Origin: Isurus oxyrinchus
Lineage: Eukaryota
Direction: 5' to 3'
NCBI GenBank assembly: GCA_026770705.1
Contig: JANJGN010000323.1
Location: 124,001 to 188,000 of the forward strand
DNA: 64,000 nt
This document shows, piece after piece, positions 12,985 through 24,667 of this stretch. How positions within the stretch are numbered: the stretch's first letter is position 1; every line of letters starts with the position of its first letter. The notes under the pieces are model-generated. The model did not search any database and was not told where the DNA came from. It was given only the letters and a program-made list of their open reading frames with translations. Made by a program: the position numbers and the translations under genes.

Positions 12985-15900
12985 GTAAGCTAAGAGATGT
13001 CCCTCTGGGTGAGGTGTTTCTTGCACATGACTCTACGTCTACCACCCAGATAGACTGGTCACTTCCGCAGTTTGATATTATTATGTTCGTGCCTTTAATA
13101 TTGTCGCCCTCTATGAATTTAACATCATTTCCTTCTGTCGTTTCCCCTGAAATTCTCATTCTTGTTTTCAATCCCTCCTCAGCCACTCCCTATCTCTGTA
13201 ACCTCCTCCAGCCCATACAACCCTCCCTATCTCTGTAACCGCCTCCAGCCCCTACACCCCTCCCTATCTCTGTAACCTCCTCCAGCCGCTACAACCCTCC
13301 CTATCTCTGTAACCTCCTCCAGCCCCTACACCCCTCCCTATCTCCGTAACCTCCTCCAGCCCCTACAACCCTCCCTATCTCTGTTACCTCCTCCAGCCCC
13401 TATAAACCTCCCTATCTCTGTAACCTCCTCCAGCCCCTACAACCCTACCTATCTCTGTAACCTCCCCCAGGCCCCACAACCCTCATGATCACTGTAACCT
13501 CCTCTAGACCCTACAACACTCCCTATCTCTGTAACCTGCTCCAGACCCTACAACCCTCCCTATCTCTGTAACCTCCTCCAGACCCTACAACCCTCCCTAT
13601 GTCTGTAACCTCCTCCAGGCCCCATGACCCTCAGAATCACTGTAACCTCCTCCAGCCCCTACAATGCTCATGAACTCTATAACGTCCTCTCCACACTATA
13701 ACTCTCCCTATCTCTGTAACCTACTGTGGCCCCTACAACAGTATCTATTTTGGTAACCTCCTCCAGCCTCTACAACCCTCCCTACCTCTGTAACCTCCTC
13801 CAGCCCCCACAACCCCCCCATCTCTTTAACCTCCTACAGCCCCTACTCACCTCCCTATCTCTGTAACCTCCTACAGCCTCTAGAACCCTCCCTATCTCTG
13901 TAACCTCCTCCAGCCGGAACAACCCTACCTAAATCTCTGGTCTGAGTCTCACTCCAGGGAATTCAGTCCCATAACGTCGGTCAACACTCCGTGCTGAGGG
14001 AGTGCTGCACTGTCAGAGGGTCAGTAGTGTGGAAGTGTTGCACTATTGGAGGGACAGTACTGAGTGAGTGCTATACTGTCGGAGGTCAGTACTGAGGAAG
14101 TGCTGCATTGTTACAGGGTCAGTACTGTGGAAGTGTTGCACTGTCGGAGGGTCAGTACTGAGGGAGTGCTGCACTGACGGAGGGACAATACTGTGGGAGT
14201 GCAGCACTATCGAAGGGTTAGTACTGAGGGAGTGCTGCAGTGTCAAAGGGTTAGTACTGAGGGAGCACAACAATGTTGAATGAGACATTAAACTGAGTCC
14301 CCCGTCTGCCCTCTCGGGCGGGTGTGAAAGATCCCACAGCCACTATTTGGAGGAAGAGCAGGGGGAGTTCTCCCCGGTGTCCTGGGACCAATATTTATCC
14401 CTCAACCAACATCACCAAAAACAGATGATCTAGGCCATGATCACATTGCTATTTGTGGGATCTTGCTGTGCACAAATCAGCTGCCACATTTCCTACAGTG
14501 TGAGTGCACTTCAAAAACATCCTTCAGTGGCTGTGAAATGCTTTGGGATGTGGTGAAAGGCGTTAGAGAAATGCAAGTCTGTCCTCCTCCCCCTCTCTCT
14601 CCTGTACCTCTCTCTCTCTCTCTCCCTCTCCCTCAATCCTCCTCTCACTTTCTCCCTGATAAATTCTTTCTTTTTGCAGGTTGACACTGCTTTAGGTTCT
14701 TCGACGATTGAGAAATCTGTGGATTCCCCGGACACGGTAGGTGGAAATTCATTCCTTATTTTAAGGTTTCTCCCTGCTCGTTTCTTCCACAGAAAGTTTT
14801 CTGATTTCAAGCTGATTTCAGTGGCAGTCTGTCTCGGTTATACTCAGGAGGCATGTTTGAAATCGAGCCCCCCCCGCCACCCCTTTTTTTGCAAAGCTGG
14901 GAAGAGGCAATTCCAAGGAAGTGAACATATCCCCACAGGAATTTTAAATGTAACCCACGCCGGGAATAGTGAGAGGGAGACTGATCCAGCCTGGGAGTGG
15001 GTTAAAGAGAGGCTGGGAGTCGAGAGTCGGAGAGAGGGATGGAATGAGGGAGGGAGGGATTGGAAGAGAGAGACAGAGAGTGGGACGGGGAGGGGTGAAA
15101 GGGAAAGAACATAGGTGGGAGAGAGTGACAGAGGGAGAAATTAAAGAAGAGATGCAGAGTGAGGGAAAGTGAAAAGGGAAGAGAGATTGTCCAAGAGAGA
15201 GAAATTAACAGGAAAGGGAGAGTTACAGAGTGAGCGAAAGGTACAAAAATAGTGTGAGAGAGAGGGAGAGATACAGAGTGGGAGAAGGAGACAGGGGAGA
15301 GAGAGGGAGAGAGACAGGAAAAGGGAGAGAGGAGAGAAAGATTGGGAGAGAGGGCAATTGAGCGGAAGAGTAGGAGAGAGAGAGACAGGGAGAGGAGGAG
15401 TGGAAGAGAGGAAGAGAGAGAGAGATATGGAGCAGGAGAACACCTCCTCCGGTCCCGATGTTCCTCCAAAATCTCTGACATTACTGCATCTCCCGGGTCC
15501 CCCTGATTCCCATCGCTCCACCATTGGTGGCCGTGCCTTCAGCTGCCTGGGGCCCTGAGCTCCGGAATACCCTCCCTTAACCTCTCTGCCTCTCTCTCTC
15601 TCTCTCCTTTAAGACGCTCCTTAAAAACTGACATCTTTGACCAAGCTTTTGGTCACCTAACCCTAATATCTCCATATGTGACTCAGTGTTAGACTTCTCT
15701 CTGATTTACGCTCCAGTAATGTGGGCTGGGACATTTTGCAATGCCAGAGGCGCTGTGTAAATGCAAGTTGTGAGTGTTATGTGGAAGGGAGATCCCAGGC
15801 GGCAGTCAGTGCCAGAGACTGGAGTCATTGTGCGCAGACCGTATCTCATCTCTCCGAATGCACAATCGGTTTGACTGTCAGCCAAAGCATTTTTGATATT

Positions 15901-17183
15901 TGATCCTTCTAACTGTTTATAACCAGGCCTACATCAAACACCGAGAGGCTGGTTAATCAACAGACACCTTAGAGGATCGAGTGAAAGACAAAGAGGACTT
16001 GCATTTCTCTAGCGCCTTCCAACACATCAGGACGTCCCAAAGTGTTTCGCAGACAATCAAGTGCTTTTTTCTTTCATGTGAGGTCACTGATGTAATGTGG
16101 GAAAAGAATCATCCATTGGCGCACAGTAAGATCCCACAGACAGCAGCATGATAATGACCAGCGCGCTCCCAGTACTTGCACTGCAAGTGTCAGTTCAGGG
16201 TGTCTGCTCGATTCTCTGCGACTCTCAGCTCTGAGTTAAAAGGACCACCAGGCGTAATTGAGGAATGACCGAGCTATCGGAGGGTCAGTATTGAGGGTGT
16301 GCTGCATTGTCAGAGGGTCAGTACTGAGGGAGTGCTGCATTGTCAGAGGGTTAGTACTGAGGGAGTGCTGCATTGTCAGAGGGTCAGTCTTGAGGGAGTG
16401 TTGCACTGTCGAAGGGTCAGTACCGGCGGGGGGATGCACAGTCGGAGGGTCAGTACTGAGGGAGTGTTGCATTGTCAGAGGGTCAGTCTTGAGGGAGTGC
16501 TGCACTGTTGGAGGGTCAGTACTGAGGATGTGCTGCATTGTCAGAGTCAGTACTGAGGGAGTGCTGCACAGTCGGAGGGTCAGTACTGAGGGGGTGCTGC
16601 ACTGTTGAAGGCGCTGTCTTTCAGATGAGACATTAAACTGGGGCAACCAATCTGCCCTCTCAGGTGGATATAGAGGATTCCATGGCCACAATTTAAATGA
16701 AGTGCGTCAGGAGTTGGGGGGTATGTGTGGAGGGGGTGGTGGGGGCTGGATGGGTGGAGTTATGTCCGCTTTCCTGGGGCAAACATTTATCCCTCAACTG
16801 ACATTGGTAAAAAACTGAAAATCGGGGCCATTATCACATTTCTGTTTGTGGGATCTTGCTGTGCGTGAATTGCCTGCTGCGTTTCCTACATTACAGCGGT
16901 GAGCTCACTTCAGAAAAAGTCCTTCCTTCAGCTGTGGAACACTTTGGGCCATCCTGAGGAGGGGAAAGGCGCTATAGAAATGCGCCATCCTCCTTCCAAT
17001 GACGCGCCTGATTGAAATGATGCCTTCTTTCTTTCCGGAATGTTCTCACCTATTGTGCTCCTGCTTTTCCAGGGCTCCTTGCTGCAGCGCCAGAAGAGAA
17101 TGGGCAGATTCTGCAGATTCTGCTGTAACTGCTGTAATTGGAGAGAATCAAATGAGACTTGTGGTCTCTGCTGTAGATATTAG
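12907..17183 (+). CDS. HAMP: Hepcidin prepropeptide gene, 3 exons: join(12907..12984,14680..14736,17073..17183), 81 aa
   Basis: Spliced translation is MKWRLVLFTLTLLLSLQLSHFFSLSR|VDTALGSSTIEKSVDSPDT|GSLLQRQKR-MGRFCRFCCNCCNWRESNETCGLCCRY*. All junctions are GT-AG phase 0. It has a signal peptide, an RxKR furin site and the hepcidin C-x2-CC-x-CC-xn-C-x2-CC cysteine pattern, in the three-exon layout typical of HAMP. Confidence 0.92.
13185..13930. repeat. ~37-bp minisatellite (also 53110-53640)
   Basis: Unit CCCTCCCTATCTCTGTAACCTCCTCCAGCCCCTACAA. Confidence 0.95.
13990..14582 (+). mobile_element. Deu-domain SINE with an expanded internal 33-bp minisatellite (HAMP intron 1)
   Basis: gagacattaaac..aaagatccc..gttctccccggtgtcctgg..ccctcaaccaacatcac core; related copies at 4705-4980 (-) and 16277-16990 (+). 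Confidence 0.7.
14680..14736 (+). CDS. HAMP: HAMP exon 2 (propeptide, 57 nt)
   Basis: Strong acceptor ttctttctttttgcag| and donor ACG|gtaggt; phase 0-0; VDTALGSSTIEKSVDSPDT. Confidence 0.8.
17073..17183 (+). CDS. HAMP: HAMP exon 3 (furin site and mature peptide, which starts at 17100)
   Basis: Acceptor ctcctgcttttccag|; GSLLQRQKR MGRFCRFCCNCCNWRESNETCGLCCRY then TAG. Confidence 0.93.
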   Translation, partial: GSLLQRQKRMGRFCRFCCNCCNWRESNETCGLCCRY

Positions 17184-17544
17184 ACCCTGGCCTCATTCAC
17201 GCAAGGTCATCCTGCACCATGCCACAGCCTCTCCCCTCCTTATCATTGCTTAGCAATCTATTTCACACAGGCCCTGTTCATTAATTCCAACTGAAACTTT
17301 ACCTGCGTTTTACAGCAGGGAAAGAAGCCATTCGGCCCATCTGCTCCATGCTGGTGTTTCTGCTCCACACGCGTCTCCGCCCACCCCTTCTCCATCTCAC
17401 CCCATCACCATATCCTTCTATTCATTTCTCCCTCGTGTGTTTATCCAGCTTCCCCTTAAATACATCGACACTATTCACCTCACGTGACTGTGTTTGTGTC
17501 TGTCTTTATGAGCGTGTGTGTGTGTGTGTGTGACTGTCAATATG

Positions 17545-17975
17545 TGTGTGTCAATGTGAATGAGTGAGTGTGTCAGTGTGTCTGTGTGGGTGTGTGTGAC
17601 TGTCAGTGTGTGTCAATGTGAATGAGTGAGTGTGTCAGTGTGTCTGTGTGGGTGTGTGTGACTGTGTCAGTGTGTGTCAATGTGAATGAGTGAGTGTGTC
17701 AGTGTGTCTGTGTGGGTGTGTGTGACTGTGTCAGTGTGTGTCAATGTGAATGAGTGAGTGTGTCAGTGTGTCTGTGTGGGTGTGTGTGACTGTGTCAGTG
17801 TGTGTCAATGTGAATGAGTGAGTGTGTCAGTGTGTCTGTGTGGGTGTGTGTGACTGTGTCAGTGTGTGTCAATGTGAATGAGTGAGTGTGTCAGTGTGTC
17901 TGTGTGGGTGTGTGTGACTGTGTCAGTGTGTGTCAATGTGAATGAGTGAGTGTGTCAGTGTGTCTGTGTGGGTGT
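17545..17975. repeat. 64-bp GT-rich tandem repeat
   Basis: tcaatgtgaatgagtgagtgtgtcagtg recurs at 64-bp intervals. Confidence 0.9.
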
Positions 17976-19844
17976 GGGTGTGTGAGTGTGCAAGTGAATG
18001 TGTGAGGAATCTTATGACTAAGTCATTTGAATGGATGTTACTGGGGTTAATGATAGTTAAAATTCAGAGAGATGTAAAGCGGGCTCCTGATTTTGCTGCT
18101 TTATGCTCCCGGGCACAGATTCACCCCGACAATGTGTTCATGATTCACCATTATCTTGTCGGGACTTTAATTGTAAAGATTATGATTTGTAAAAAAAAAT
18201 GAATAAACAACTTCTGTCTTCACAAAGTGTCTGGCTTGGTATTTCAGGCTACTTGTCTCCCCCTCACCCTCCCCCCCCACCATACCCCCCACACCAGGGA
18301 ACAATTGTCCCCCCTTCCTCTGAAGTTCGGGGTAAAGATCAGCTTTGTTCAATGCAAGCTGTTCCGACATCGAGAACGTTGTTACAAATATCTCACAAAG
18401 GGCACACGCCATGATAGCCCACTTTCAACAGATTTTACCAGTTGACCAGGTAGAAAAGCTTTTCATAAACCACAACGTAGGTGTTCAATTCTTGCTGCTG
18501 TTTGCTTAATGCTCTCATAACTGCTATAACCTCTCTAGTTCCACTACATAACAACACAAACATAAATAAACAGAAGCAGGAGTAGGCCTTTTGGCCCCCC
18601 CAAGCCTGCTTGTCCATTCAATTTGAACCTGGCTCCTGCTGAAAGTTATTTAAGTTGAAGCGATAAAGCCATCAGGTGCAGGGATTAAAATGTAAGCAAA
18701 GGAAAAATAATACTTAGAGATGAGAGTTAAAATCAGTTTCTGTCAAGTATTATAGTGAGGCCCATTGCTCTGGATTCCTTCTTTCCAGAGTGAAGGGTTT
18801 GAAACTAGGAGTCACATTCAGCAGCTGCGTTGTCTTCTCTAGTTGACTATTTGGAGGTTGCCTGTAGATGTGAATCAGCAGGTCAGCAGCTTTGAGGAGT
18901 GAGTGAAGGTCCCTTTTATTTACAGGATCTGCCACAGGATGTGCAGGAATATTCCTGCTGAATCCCCCATCCTTGTATTCATGAAGGTTTTGAAACTGGA
19001 AGTCATATTCAGCAGCTGCAATGGCCTTTGTAGTCAACTGTCTGGAGGTTGCCTGTACAGGTGGACTCGGCATGTCAACAGCTTTGTTGGGCAGGGGACA
19101 CGGGTAGTGAAGGTCCCTTTTCTTTAAAGGCTCTGCCAGTGCAAAACTTGATGATCCTGGGTCAAAATCATGTAACTCCCTCCCCAAAAGCACTGTGGGT
19201 GTGACCTATGGAGGGTCCTTGGCTTCGACAAGCAGCCTACCAGCTCTGCTCTCAATTCCTCTTCACACTTGCTTCCTTCCTCCACTGGTCTTTACTTTGT
19301 TATAGTGTTAGTGTCCGCTCTGCCTTTTTTGTTGCTTTCCCAATTCTTCCCACCAACTCTCTCTGGCTTGATCCTTCTCTGTGCTCATCTCATTGGTTTG
19401 GGTTTCTATCCGTTCATTGACCTGGTGTAATCTGAAACTGGTGCAATCAGGTAGGGGTGGGGGGGTTGGCGCTGGCCGTGGGTGGTGATACACGGCTACC
19501 TTTTTACCAAAATTCTTTCACGGGATGTGGACAGCGTTTGTTACCTGTTCCAGACTGACCCCTTGAGAAGGGGGTGCTGAGCTGCCTTTTCGAAGTGCTG
19601 CAGTTCGCCTGGTTTGACTGGTCTGTGGCGGGTTTTGATATAACTCAGTAGCTTGCTCGGCCATTTCAGGGGCCAGTTAAGAGTCAACCACATTGTTGTG
19701 GGTCAGGAGTCACACGTAGGCCAGAATGGGTAAGGACGGCAGGTTTCCTTCCCCAAAGGGCATTAGTGACCCAGATGGGTTTTTGCAACAATTGGCCTTA
19801 GTTTCATGGTCACCATTACTGAGACTAGCTTCGCATTCCAGATG

Positions 19845-20925
19845 TCACATCCAGTCGTGGACAATTAAACAACTCACTGGAGGAGGAGGCTCCACAAAAA
19901 TCCCCATCCTCAATGATGGAGGAGCCCAGCACACCAGTGCAAAAGACAAGACTGAAGCATGCGCAACAATCTTCAGCCAGAAGTGCTGAGTGGCTGATCC
20001 ATCTCGGCCTCCTCCGGAGGTCCCCAGCATCACAGATGCCAATCTTTAGCCAATTCGATTAATTCCACGTGATATCAAGAAAGGGCAGAAGGCACTGGAT
20101 ATTGCAAATGCTCCAGACCCTGACATTATTCCGGCAATAGTACTGAAGACTTGTGCTCCAGAACTTGCTGCGCCCCTAGCCAAGCTTTTCTGGAATTTTC
20201 TAGTACAGCTGCAACACTGGCAACTACCCGGCTATGGGGTACATCCTGTACACAAAAAGCAGGACAAATCCAACCCAGCCAATTCCCCAGCAGTCTATTC
20301 TTGATCATTACTACAGTGATTGAAGGGGTCATCAACAGCGCTTGCAAGCAGCACCTGCTTACCAAGAACCTGCTCACTGACGCTCAGTTTGTGTTCCACC
20401 AGGATCATTCAGCTCCTGCCCTCATTACAGCCTTGGTTCAAACATGCACAAATGAGCTGAACTCCAGAGGTGAGGTGAAAGTGACTGTCCTTGACATCAA
20501 GGCAGCATTTGACTGAATGTGGCAAAACAAGGAGCCCGAGCAAAACTGGAGTCAATGGGAATCGGGGGAAAACTCTCTGCTGCTTGGAGTCATACCCAGC
20601 ACAAAGGACGATGGTTGTGATTATTGGGGGTCAATCATCTCAGTTCCAGGACATCACTGCAGGAGTTACTCAGGGTAGTGTCCTAGGCTCAACCATCTTC
20701 AGCTGCTTCATCAATGTCCTTCCTTCCATCATAAGGTCAGAAGTGGGGATGTTTGCTGATGTTTGCACAATGTTCAGCATCATTCACGGCTCCTCAGATA
20801 CTGAAGCAAGTTATGTCCAAATGCAGCAAGACCTGGACAACATCCAGGCTTGGGCTGACAGGTGACAAGTAACATTCATGCCACACAAGTGCCAGGCAAT
20901 GACCAGCTCCAACAAGAGAGAATCT
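19845..20925 (+). mobile_element. CR1-clade LINE reverse transcriptase fragment
   Basis: VTVLDIKAAFD, GVTQGSVLGSTIFSCFIN, MFADV; frameshifts. Confidence 0.88.
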
Positions 20926-21414
20926 CATTGAAGGTGCAGAAAATTTGGATTTATTTTAAAGAGCCAGCCAGGACCAGCAGCTAGGGTGACAAAGCGTACA
21001 CAGACAATCACATCCTTACGTGAAAGCTAAAAACCTGTACAACGGGTTCAGCTGTAAATTTGCAATGAGGAAATGGGAGACACACACACAAGGACACAGG
21101 GTGACTCAATCAAGAAATGGGGAAGGTTATTTCACACCGTCCGATGGCCTTGAACCACATCCAGTCAGCCTCCGGAAACCTTTTGTAGCGAACAAACATA
21201 GATTCTGTGCTGTCTCAAAAGGACAATAGCCAGTCTCTGCCCTGTAATTACTGTACAAGAACACAATTATCAGCCCACCGGAGGGTCATTGTGCTGTGGC
21301 CTTTGTCTAACTAATACCATTACCTTGTAACTGAGAGTAAAAAATATATAAACTGTGCTCATTTGAACCTCGGTGGAGAAGCACCTGGACTGCCCAGGAA
21401 TGGCGGCTAAATGA

Positions 21415-22345
21415 GCTGCTGACACAAAGATAGGTTGGAAAGTTAATTGTGAAGCGGATGTAAGGTGGTTAGAAAGTGACATCGATAGGTTAAGTGAGTG
21501 GGCAAAGATCTGACAAATGGTGTATAATGTGGGCGCATGTGAAATTGTTCATTTTGTCAGAAAGAACAAGAAGGAAGATTATTATCTAAAAGGTGAGAGA
21601 TTGCAGAGCTCTGAGATGCAGAGGGATCTGGGTGTCCTCGTGCATGAATCACAAAAGGCTGGTTTGCAGATACAGCAGGTCATGAGGAAAGCTAATGGGA
21701 TGTTATAATTTACTGTGGGGGAATTGAATAGAAAAGTAGGGAGGCTACGTTCAGTTGTACAGGGCACTGGTGAGACCACATCTGGAGTACTCTGTACAGT
21801 AAGGTCACCTTACTTAAAGAAAGATGTAAATGCATTAGAAGCAGTTCAGAGAAGGTTTACTAGACTAATACCAGGATTGGGTGGTTTGTCTTATGAGGTC
21901 AGGTTGGACAGGTTAGGCTTGTATCCACTGGAGTTTAGAAGAGTAAGAGGCAACTTAATTACAACCTTTAAGATCCAGGGGAGTCTTGACAGGCTGGATA
22001 TGGAGAGGATGTTCCCTCTTGTGTGAGAATCTAGAACTAGGGGGTCATGGTTTAAAAATAAGGGGTCGCTCATTTAAGATAGAGATGAGGCGAAATGATT
22101 TCTCTCAGAGGGTAGTAAGTCTTTGGAACACTCTGCCTCAAAAGGCAGTGGAAACAGGGTCTTTGAATATTTTTCAGGCAGAGCTAGATAGATTCTTGAT
22201 TAACAAGGGGGTGAAAGGTCATTGGGGGTAGGCAGGAATGTGAGGTTGAGGTGACAATCAGATCAGCCATGATCTTACTGAATGGCGGAGCAGGTTCGAG
22301 GGGCTGAGTGACCTACTCCTGATCCTAACTCAGATATCCATATGT
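21415..22345 (+). mobile_element. CR1-type LINE 3' fragment
   Basis: RDLGVLVHESQK, LEAVQRRFTRLIPG, FSQRVVSLWN. Confidence 0.88.
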
Positions 22346-23809
22346 TCTCAAAGGCAATTGGGGATGGGTAACAAATACTGGCCTAGTCAGCGACACCAAC
22401 ATCCCTGAAATGAATAAGAAAAAAATGTATCAATCAATTAAATTTATTGATTAATCGAATCTAAATTCCTCCAGCTGCCGTGGTGGGATTTGAACCCTTA
22501 CCTCCAAAGCATTCACCTGGGCCTCTGAATCACTGGCCTAGTGCCATTCCCATTGTGCGACTGTCTGCTATCATCATGGCTCTTTCACATCGATGTGGAA
22601 GTCCTGATAAAAGAAGCATTGGACGAGGTACATAAGGTGACAAATCAGGAGCTCCATTGCTCAATAGGAATGGAAAATAAAGACAAATGAACATAAACCT
22701 TCCAGTCGCTAATTAGTGAGGTAGTGCAGCACTGTCGGAGGATCAGTACTGAGGGAGTGCTGCACTGTCAGAGGGTCTGAACTGAGGGAGTGCAGCACTG
22801 TCGGAGGCTCAGTACCGAGGGAGTGCTGCACTGTCGGAGGGTCAGTACTGAGGGAGTGCAGCACTGTCGGAGGTTCAGTACTTAAGGAGTGCTGCACTGT
22901 CGGAGGGTTCGAACTGAGGGAGTGCTGAACTGTCGGAGGGTTTGAACTGAGGGAGTGCTGCACTGTCGGAGGGTCTGAACTGAGGGAGTGCTGCACTGTC
23001 GGAGGGTTTGAACTGAGGTAGAGCTGCACTGTCGGAGGGTCAGTACTGAGGGAGTGCTGCACTGTTGGAGGGTTTGAACAGAGGGAGTGCTGCGCTGTCT
23101 AAAGAACATTGTACAAATTGTACAAAATTGCATCTGATGCCTGTGTCTCATGCACACATGAAGTTCATGCACACAACAGGAATATTTCTCGCTGTTTCTG
23201 AGCAGCAAGGCAGCCTTCATATCGCACCACCCACTGGCAGGAGAGTGTGCAGCTGCAATGTGACATGTTTACTTTGGAAATTTCTATTATAAAGATGGAC
23301 AGAGGAATTCATCTGATTGGAAAACATGACAATATGAAGTAATGTCTTTGAGCCAAGAATTTGGCAGCAAAATAAGAATTTTAATCTATAAGTATCTACA
23401 GAACAGGCTGAGCATTTTAATCACTTGTGTTAATCAATGTAATTTTATTCATAACCCAAATGCTTCTTACAATCTATCGCAGCATGAAAAAGGTGCAGCA
23501 TTCAGAAAGCACATTCCAATCAGAGAACAGAGTTTAGCAACATCACATTTCTGTTCATTCCTATTCGACCATGTTGGCTGCACACAGCCAGACAATGCCG
23601 TGGTTATGATGTGTCCACACAGCAGGACTGGGGAGCACCAGGTATAAGGAAAAGTTTCAGCTTGCTGAGGAGAAGAAGGAGAATCTCTCGTTCCAGGTTT
23701 CTCTCCGTACATTAAGAAGCAGGCATGCCGATGTTTCATTGCACTCTGTCTGCTGATGGGAGTCCGCTTGGAAATTGCTGTTTGTGCTGATGGAAAGAAT
23801 AAGCTTTTC

Positions 23810-24410
23810 ATAAATCGAGGGATTGAGTAAAAACACAGGGAGGTTATGCTGAACATTTATAAAGCTCTGGTTAGGTCACAACTAGAGTATTGTGTCCAGT
23901 TCTGGTCTCCTCACTTTGGGAAGGAAGTGAGGGTCCTTGAGAGGGTGGGGAGGAGATTGAGCAGAATGGGTCCAGGGATGAGGGCTTTTAGCTACAAGGT
24001 TGGGTTGGAGAAGCTGGGGTTGTTCTCCTTGGAGCAAAGGAGATTGAGGGGGGACCTGATCGAGGTGTACAAGATGATGATGGGTTTAGATCAGGTAGAC
24101 AAAGACAAGCTGTTGCCATTAGCTGATGGGACAAGGACTGGGGGACACAGATTGAAGGTTTTGGACAGAGGGGGGATGTGAGGAGGAACTTTTTTACACA
24201 GCGAGTGGTAATGAGCAGGAACTCGCTGCCTGCGAGGATGGTGGAAGTGGAGACGATGAACGATTTCAAACAGAAATTGGTTGGACACTTGAGGGGAAAT
24301 AAACTCACAGGGATACGGGGATAGAGTGGGGGAAATGGGACTGAGTGGATTGCTCTACAGAGAGACAGCATGGACTCAATGGGCTGAATGGGCTCCCACT
24401 GTGCTGAAAT
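23810..24410 (+). mobile_element. CR1-type LINE 3' fragment
   Basis: YKALVRSQLEYCVQFWSPH, LEQRRLRGDLIEVYK. Confidence 0.88.
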
Positions 24411-24527
24411 GCCTCTCTGATACGAAGGTGATTCTAACCAGGACACTGACCAGTTTCATTACAACTTAACCCAACATCACACGTTATTTGTCCGCACTGA
24501 CTGACCAGATTGTTGCTGTACAAAGCT

Positions 24528-24667
24528 TCAAACAGTCTGTCGACTTCCTTTTACTGTTTGTCTCTCCCAGACACAGACTCCAGCGATAGTGATAACCACA
24601 GCCACAAGGAATATCACAGCTCGTATTCCCAGGATCAGGATCACGTGCAGAATCTCTCCTCCACTGT
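24528..24667 (-). CDS. Terminal TM exon with intramembrane Arg and short tail (activating-receptor type); orphan or alternative exon
   Basis: tttctgtgtgttctctag| phase 1: SGGEILHVILILGIRAVIFLVAVVITIAGVCVWERQTVKGSRQTV*. Confidence 0.75.
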
